Assembly: GCA_051294375.1 (NCBI GenBank)
Contig: CM119270.1
Coordinates: 7,870,812-7,934,811, forward strand
Length of the DNA stretch: 64,000 bases
Direction: 5' to 3'
Origin: Paraspadella gotoi
Taxonomy: Eukaryota; Animalia; Chaetognatha
Shown: piece by piece, positions 56,232 to 64,000 of the stretch
Layout of the letters: every line of letters starts with the position of its first letter
Numbering within the stretch: the stretch's first letter is position 1
Translations under genes and position numbers: made by a program
Notes under the pieces: generated by a model
What the model saw: only the letters and a program-made list of their open reading frames with translations
Told to the model about the DNA's origin: nothing
The model's database searches: none

Positions 56232-56984
56232 CGTGGCCAACTGTCGTCGTTCCAATAAATACGACCCACAGTTTTATCTTTCCCTCTCGGCGGCGCCCAG
56301 TGGTGACGTGCGACACTTGAATTTCGGCGGCGCCTCCTGTAGCCGCGGTCTTTCGGACGGTGCGATGTTTGAATAGATTTGCCCGGCGTCTGGTCGTTAC
56401 CGAAATTATTCGTCATTTTGTAGGTCTCAACACTACATTGATTAAAAAATAATAAAATGAACTAAAAAAATAAATAGTGATACGCACGGAGATTTTTTCT
56501 ATATGCGTAGCCTTTTTTTCCTCTCAGAGATTTATTGAAGGTGGAACAACGCGGATAACCGTCCCGTTTTATTACAAGCGTGGTCCGTTAGAGGAGCACC
56601 GCAGAGGAGAGAGAGAGAGAGGAGAGAGAGAGAGTAAGAGAACGAGAGAGAGAGAGAGACGAGGAGAGAGAGACAGAGAGAAGAGAGAGGACAGAGAAGA
56701 GATAGAGACTTGATATATATATATACAAAAAGTTAAAAAACCTAAAGGTCGTTTCGCTTTCCCCCATACGTAAATTAATTAAGTCGGGATTGATCCAAAT
56801 AATTAACTTTTTTCGCTTCAAATTTTTTAAATTCGTTTTCTAAATTTATTATAATACAGCTCTCCGGAGATTAATAAAAAGCTCACGAAATAAAAAAAAT
56901 TTTCAGTTTGAAATTTTCGAGAAAAAAAAATAGTGGGAAAATTTATTGCAGATTTTCCAAAAAAAAAAAATTTGTAAAAAAAAA

Positions 56985-57702
56985 AAATAAATAAAAAATA
57001 AAAATCCCTTCCTCCAAAAAAAAAAAATAACTAAAAAATAAAAATCCCCCTCCCTCCAAAAAAAATTAAATAAAAATAAAAATCCCCCTCCCTCAAAAAA
57101 AAATAAATAAAAAAATTAAAAATCCCCCTCCCTCAAAAAAAAAATAAATAAAAAATAAAAATCCCCCCTCCCTCCAAAAAAAAACTAAATTAAAAAATAA
57201 AAAAAATTTTTTCCCCCCCCCCCCCCCTCCCTTCAAAAAAAAATAAATTAAAAAATAAAATTCCCCCTCCCTCAAAAAAAAATAAATAAAAAATAAAAAT
57301 CCCCCTCCCTCAAAAAAAAAATAAATAAAAAATAAATCCCCTCCCTCCAAAAAAAATAAATAAAAAATAAAAATCCCTCTCCCTCAAAAAAAATAAATAA
57401 AAAATTAAATCCCCCTCCCTCAAAAAAAAAAATAAATAAAAAATAAAATCCCCCTCGCCTCGCAAAAAAAAATAAATAAAAAAATAAAAAATCCCCTCCC
57501 TCAAAAAATAAATTAAAAAATAAAAAATCCCCCTCCCTCAAAAAAAAATAAATAAAAAATAAAATCCCCCTCCCTTTTCAAAAAAAAATAAATAAAAAAT
57601 AAAAATCCCCCTCCCCTCAAAAAAATAAATAAAAAAATAAAATCCCCCCCTCAAAAAAAAAACTAAATAAAAAATAAAATCCCCCTCCCTCCAAAAAAAA
57701 AT
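56985..57702 (+). repeat. ~39-bp minisatellite (A8-10 taaataaaaaataaaaatccccctccctc), ~18 units
   Basis: Directly visible. Length variation is mostly in homopolymers. Confidence 0.95.
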
Positions 57703-60689
57703 AAGGTTTCGTACGGGAAAAACTAAAGACAGGTAACTGTTACTAAGCCGACAGAGATTTTTCGTTTGTGAGTCTATCTGTGGGAAAACATATAATGTTG
57801 AAACCAGTAGTTTTAATTTCCTTTTCTGTTTTCTGATTCCTACTGTATGCATAGTTTGGCACTTTTCAATCGATCGTTCAGACAATGATTCTTGTTCCGT
57901 CTGTCTGTTATCTATGCCCGTTGTCTGTTGTTTCTTTTATCTCATTCTTCCTTTCGATTTGTATGATATCACGTGGAGATTCGATAGAAAATCTCATGTA
58001 TTCTGACATACACTACCCCTCAATATACCGTCTCACAATAAAATCTAAGCTATCATAACATAGAGAAAAACAACGTATGAGATGTAAGACAAATAATGGT
58101 TTTCAATGCACGGACTTGAAGGGAGGTGCCAATCGTTTTCTCCTGGTCGAGTAGAAAGTTTCCTCCCTCGAATATCGAGACCTAAAAATATGTAATACCG
58201 ACGGCGAGAAGCAGGATGTTCCGTAACAGCATGCTGACGGAGATCTCATTACGAATGGGTCAATGTAAATTCAGATGCAGCTTAACGACGACTTGAAACC
58301 TACCTGAAATAAATAAAGGCGAAGTGAATCTAATACGTGTGAAAAAAGATATTTTTACCATTAGATTTCTTAATTTTCGCATCTTATAGTGTTATAAATT
58401 ACGTACTACTCAATAATTACACCTTAAGTATAATCCATCTAGTGTCCAAAAAAAAATATATTTCAATCTCTATTATTATCCGTAAGAGTGTGATTGGACG
58501 ACTGGGAATGTCATCATAGCCTTTCTCTCTCTTAAATCGATGTGTGTACCATTTACTTTATAAGCATTTCGTTCAACTGAATTAATCGGGTTCTATTGTA
58601 TCAAAACGTCTTTATTGAGGCAGATCCGTGGACCTCCATATATATCTGAGTCAATGCCGTAGCCGATTACACCGCGATGCCGAGATTCGATTAAAAAATA
58701 CTTTGTAACCAATTCATCTTACGCCAAAACGACTCGTTCTCTCACACCAATGTCTCGCATCACGAGTTTCGCTCTCTTTAATGCTCGGCGTCCTCGATGC
58801 TGCCGTTTTCATCGCGAATATTTGTCCTCCCTCACTGTTCCCTGCTCTTTTCATGCTTACTTTTTTAATATTCTCGGATATACTCTGGTGCACGCGAATT
58901 TTGTCACTGCGTGTGTTCATTTCCCTATCTTTTACTCCTCATTTATGCAAATTTTATTATTTGGTTTCTTCCCCGTTGTGTTCTCATCTCTCCTGTTTTG
59001 TTGTGTTAGCTCTTCTAGTCTTTTACATATAATAGCTACTTCACGTCCTTTTGTCTTTCTCTCATGCTCAGTTACTGTCGCATTAGTTCAGTCAGTTTAG
59101 TTCTAGATACGCTCCATTCGTTCTCTCATTGACTACTATTTTAGATTACTATTGTCTCATTGTTTCTTATATTCACCCTCGTTTTGAGTTTTTTGTCGGT
59201 ATCATTAACCTTTTCTTTCATCTAACTACTCCCTTTCTCATCTCATTCATTTTTTCTCTTTTTTTGTATCTCAATCTCCACTTTGGGTCGTTTTTTCTCA
59301 ACCTCGTTTTAATGATTTTCTTTTTTCTATTGATATGCACTCTCTTTTCCTATTTTTCTTTCATGGCCTTTTATGACCCATGATTTAATGTATTCCTTTC
59401 CTTATCTGACTTTGTACTACTCGACTTCCCCTTTATAGTATTCCCCTTTCTATTCGAATGTCAAATTACCATATGATTCATGGACTATGATTATCGTGAT
59501 TTCTCCCTTATATAATATAACTCCCATATTAAACAAACAAATCGCTTTGGCACTTATCATACTACCCTCTTTTCCCATTTGTAAATAAGTGTGGTGATTC
59601 CGATATTTTCCGGTTTATAGCTTACATTGAATAAATGTAAGAAATATTTCCTCGCTTCCTCTTCTATCTCTTTCTCTCTCATGCACTTCTTTCCTGCATG
59701 CCTCTTATGTGATTCCGTTCTCAACCTCGCTCCTGGCGCTTTTCATTAATGCTGCTCCTTTTCCTGCTCCTCTCGACTCTATTTCGTCCTCTCCCCTTCT
59801 CTCACCCTTTCTCTTGGTGTGCTGCTCGACGCCCGTTTCCTGTTCCCCGTGTCTGCCCCTTCCTCACCCTTTACTCATTACACCATCACTAGTTCTTCCT
59901 CTACCACGTTCGTTCCTATTTTTTTCGATCCTGCGTTTCCCTCTTCTTTTGCAACTATCTACTCTGAAGGTGAGGTAGGCCTTCTTTCTCTAATTTATTT
60001 TTCTCTATCTCTGTGTGTGGTTGGTGGTAAGAGAGGATGCGCCGCGAGTCGTTGGATAAGTTGAACTGAGTAACATGCTCTTTCTAATAATATATAATTA
60101 TTCTCGAATTAAGTACTCATATTTACAGTAAATATCTATTATCAAATGTCTCTAACAAGACTCTTTTCTAACGTTTCAATTTCTCATCTATTCTTCATAT
60201 ACTCCCCCTTACCTAACGACAATTTGTTTGACTCTCTCTTGACTCACGCACTTATATACCTAATTCTATACTATATCGCTCAATGTTTCCCGATATATCG
60301 GAACACTCTATGTAATTCTTCATCTTGATTTAGAGCGCAATTCCTTAATTTTCTCTCGAGTTCATATATCAAAAGTTTCATCCTCTATGTTTCTCCATAT
60401 GTCAGATATACTCCTCTCCTTTTTTTTCATCTTCCTTCTTCCCTCTTTCATTGTTTGCTTGTCTTCTTCTCCCTCACTCGTTAATTCTACTCCACTCATT
60501 TCCCGCCCACTCATTCATACTTCTTCTTTCTTCTTATCTCTGTTAACTCTTTATCACTTGCTACCTCTCCACACTCGCTCTGGTCCTTCCTCCTCTTCTC
60601 AGCGCATAACCTATCCTGCGCCCCTTTCTATAACTAAATCCTTTTCTATACCTTGACAGTCCTATATGTCACTCCTGTTTCTGTTGTTG

Positions 60690-60845
60690 CGATCCGCTCT
60701 CGGACTCTTCAGAGAGAATTGAATCGTCTGCATGGAGCACTTCGCCCCAGCCTCCAAAATATCAAAGCCACGCCCTGCGGGGCTTAAGCGGAGTCTTGTT
60801 CTCTTATCTTCGCAGACTTACCGCTCTGCCTCCTCGCCAGCTGGG
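60690..60845 (+). CDS. FRMPD4: FERM domain exon (F1 lobe), frameshifted in noisy sequence
   Basis: Fragments read roughly LQEKLN..MEHFA..LQNIK, resembling FRMPD LQEKLSIKGIEHFSLMLE. Many indels; boundaries approximate. Confidence 0.45.
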
Positions 60846-61384
60846 CTTCCGCTCACGGCTCTGTGCCCGTCATCTCTCTTTAGTTTCTAATATAGTTTTT
60901 ACATAGAGCGGCCGTGAGCACAGCAGCTAATTAGCATGAGGATCATCCCTGGCCTCTTGGTGAGCTTAATTCTAGTAGGAGATCCTTATAATTAATATAA
61001 ACATACAGTCTGTCCATCCCCGTTCTATTCTCTGTGCAGTCCGGCTCTGGGATATTGAATTATCGCTTCCTCCTTAGTGACTTGCGTAGCCCTATAACAC
61101 CACGCCGCCCTTAGCATTCCGCATCAATTCTCGCGCCTACGTCTTACCGTTTCATTATTCTCGACATTTGCTAGACATTTTAGCTCTGATACCCCTTCAC
61201 TCCAGTCAGCCTTAATGATAATCCAACTAATTGCTCTAATTTTTACAAAAATTTCCAACATATTATAAGTGTTTTTTTAAAGACCTCCCCAACTTATATA
61301 ATAAATCCATTCATTATACTATATTCTCCTCCTTTTAAATCCTCAGTCTAGTTCACATCGTTTTCTTCTATCAGTCTTACCCCC

Positions 61385-61545
61385 ACGGGTACTCTTCTGG
61401 CGACTCTATTCCCTTCATCTGCGATGGGGCGGGGACCTTACGATGCTCGCTACGCAAGGATCCCGTCGCTTTCGACTACTTTAGTCTACCAATGTGGCTC
61501 CGATAACTCTGACGTCACTCCTACAGGAGATTCAAGATGCCCAGT
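61385..61545 (+). CDS. FRMPD4: FERM domain exon, frameshifted in noisy sequence
   Basis: Contains ctacgcaaggatcccgtcgctttcgactacttt = LRKDPVAFDYF, followed by fragments DV..QE.F. This matches recalled FRMPD [26 protein letters not shown]. Boundaries approximate. Confidence 0.7.
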
Positions 61546-61979
61546 ACCAATTGCAGCGCGATTGAAATTTGAAAACGCGAGTCAGAGTCGTCTTTCACAT
61601 TTCATTCACCTGTGATTATGCACGGCTTCCCAACGGTATGCGAAGGTCCAATTGTCATTATTAGGTTTCTATAGTTTGTCTTTGACCGAAATTCAGTAGG
61701 ATTTACCAGTCACGAATACGGCAGCGATTGTATGTTACGCGGGACGAACGAGAGGACTTACATACGCAGTATAGAGAAAACTTTGAGCAAAAATCATAGC
61801 ATACATATGCTAGAGAAGCGCATTCAAATCTCTTTTCTTACATCTCGGCGATCGACGAGAAGAATAGTACGTAATACTTGTGTATTACGCGTTTTTAATA
61901 GAACGAGAGATGGAAAGAAAAGAAATTGACACGAACTAGAGGATGCGACCTCAATTTTTCTGCGAGAGGAGAGAGAGAG

Positions 61980-62031
<52 letters not shown>

Positions 62032-62534
62032 GTAGAGGAGAAGGAGAGACGGAAGTGAGGAGAGGAGACGGATTGCAAAACAGTCTTCATCGCTCGAGAT
62101 GGCTTCACTTGTCCGCAGCGAGACGAGAGCTGAAACGAAATGCAAGATGAGAGCGAAGGTCATAGAAAAAGTATTCTGCGTCGTTCGAGACCGAAGGGCC
62201 GTGGTCCGTGGCGATTGCTTTTCTAGTCAAAGTCAAGTTGTTGTGAGAGATGGGACGATGCCAAGTCAAGACAAAACATGACGCGTGGCCATGGACGATG
62301 CCATGTGGGCATGGCCATTCCAATGTCAGACGATGCTAGTGTTTTGAGGCATATTATTGTTTCAACCAAATATAAAAAAAATATATTACTACTCCCATTA
62401 AGAGTCTATTTCATTTTGATAAAAAAACATATTCACCAAGTAAAAATATTCATTCCCTCTATTTCCTCTCCCACTCTATCTCTTACGCCAACAATTGAAT
62501 CCCACGCCGCTCACATGTCACTTTCCCGGCCCAG

Positions 62535-62795
62535 AGCTCAAGCCGACGCGGCCCTCCGTCTCGCGCCCTCCAAATCTACGAACGCGTTTCTCCAATCCAC
62601 GTGAGCACGCGAGAGTCGAGCTGATCCTCGCGCTGCCAGGACGACGACGCACGCGCCCGCAAAGATCAGCGTCACGACCGATGGAGAGGATGACTAACAC
62701 GGGCTCGAGCAACTTCGTCGCCCCCTCTGCCGATGCTCACCATTGAAGAGGAAGGGATCTGTCAAGAAGACGTGGGAGAACTTACGAATCAAGAG
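62535..62795 (+). CDS. FRMPD4: FERM central (F2) lobe exon, frameshifted in noisy sequence
   Basis: After ggcccAG|, fragments read ELK.DAALRLA.LQIYE ... KISV ... GLE.FV ... KRK.LKKTLGNYIK. This matches recalled FRMPD ELKYDVALRLAALQMY...KISLKYIEKEWGLETFLP...MKEKNIKK. The exon end was reconstructed from the downstream repeat copies. Confidence 0.72.
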
Positions 62796-63435
62796 GTGGG
62801 AGGAGGAGGGTGGATTGGAGTAGGTATGTTGAAGGGAAAGTTGAGAGAGGGAAAGGTCCTCAAGAAGACGCTGGGGAACTACATCAATGTAGGGAGTGTG
62901 TGGAAAGGAAAAGTTGAGAGAGGGGAAAAGTCTCAAATGACGCTGGAGGGGAGCTACAATCAAGGAGGGGGAAGGTTGGGAATTGTAGTAGGGATGTGAA
63001 GCGAAAATTGAGAGGGGAGACCGGTCTCACAGATTAAGACGGCGTGGGGCACGTGACATCCAATTTAGGGGATGTTGAAGGAAAAGTTTGAGACGGGATA
63101 AATCTCTTCAAGTAAGACGCTGGGGCACTACGATCAGAGGGGGGAGGTTGGATGATGGTGTTGAGGGAAAAGAGTTCGATGAGGGGAAAGGTGCTCAAGA
63201 TGACTGGGGAATTACATCAAGGTGGGGGAGGTTGGACGGAGTAGGGATGTTGAAGGGAAATTGAGAGGGAAAAGGTCTCAAGAAGAGGCTGGGGAAACAT
63301 TTTACAACCGGAGTAGAGATGCTGGCGGACATGGGGACTGAAGGGAGGGAAAAGTTTGAAAGCGGAGGGGAAGGAGGAGGTCTCAAGAAGACGGTGAGAG
63401 GAGGAACTAACATCCGGGTGGGGGAATGTTGAGGC
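62757..63435 (+). repeat. Degenerate ~70-95-bp tandem array of FERM exon end plus donor (~8 units)
   Basis: Recurring TCTCAAGAAGACGCTGGGGAACTACATCAAG-GTGGGGGAGGTTGGACGGAGTAGGGATGTTGAAGGGAAAGTTGAGAGGG, with many indels. Confidence 0.8.
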
Positions 63436-64000
63436 GTTGAAAGAGGTATCAAGCAGAGCAGGAGCTTGTAATATACGCAAGAAATAATTTTGGCGAGAGA
63501 AAAAAATCGAATTTAGTTTGAATGGTTAAAACGTAAATGTAATGTTAATACAGTCCTAAATAGTTTCGCGCGCGAGTGGAATTCAGTAACCGGCACGCTC
63601 CAGCACGAAGAAATAAGGGAAAAAAATGGCAGAAGTTAGCATATAAATAGACGTTAAGTATTGACTGCCCTGCTCATAAGTTCATTGAGCTGCTAGAGAC
63701 CCACTAAAAAGTTCTATACTGAATAAGAGATATATGATATATCCTTATCATGAGTAATATACACTGTTTCTTAAAACAGATCACCACCTAAGTCGGTAAA
63801 AAAGACATGTTATCGAAGTTTTACGACGATTTGTGAGAGTACACAATGCTTGGATGTGTTTGTTCCCCTGTGAGCCCAATGGGATTAGGGCTGAACGCTC
63901 GTGCGGAACGTGAACAGCCGTGTGAGCCTAGATCAGATGGAGATTCGTACCCGTCAAGATAATTAAACTTATTTCAAAGATGCAGGGTGATAAAGAAGAA

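Overview
This is a draft-assembly window from an animal genome, probably an invertebrate. It is AT-rich, dense in (AG/CT)n and other microsatellites, and has nine N-gaps; most ORFs in the supplied track are microsatellite artefacts. Manual spliced reading recovers four things. (1) A large + strand FRMPD1/3/4 (Preso)-family PDZ-FERM gene running from about 29.7 kb past the window end. Its first PDZ exon appears inverted (probably a gap-fill misassembly) and its FERM exons lie in error-ridden sequence. (2) Two exons of a DDI1/DDI2 aspartic protease on the - strand, apparently nested in an intron of that gene. (3) An orphan coiled-coil terminal exon at 15.0-15.6 kb (-). (4) Several interspersed repeat families: tRNA-derived SINE-like, Helentron/DINE-like, an unclassified ~270-bp element forming an inverted pair, and a foldback-like element. 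The most striking pattern is that tandem repeats repeatedly sit on exon-intron junctions. Exon 3' ends together with their GT donors are amplified into arrays (79-bp x 8 at the PDZ exon, ~85-bp x ~8 at a FERM exon, smaller cases elsewhere), and minisatellites run up to acceptors. No database searches were run; family assignments rest on recalled motif similarity.
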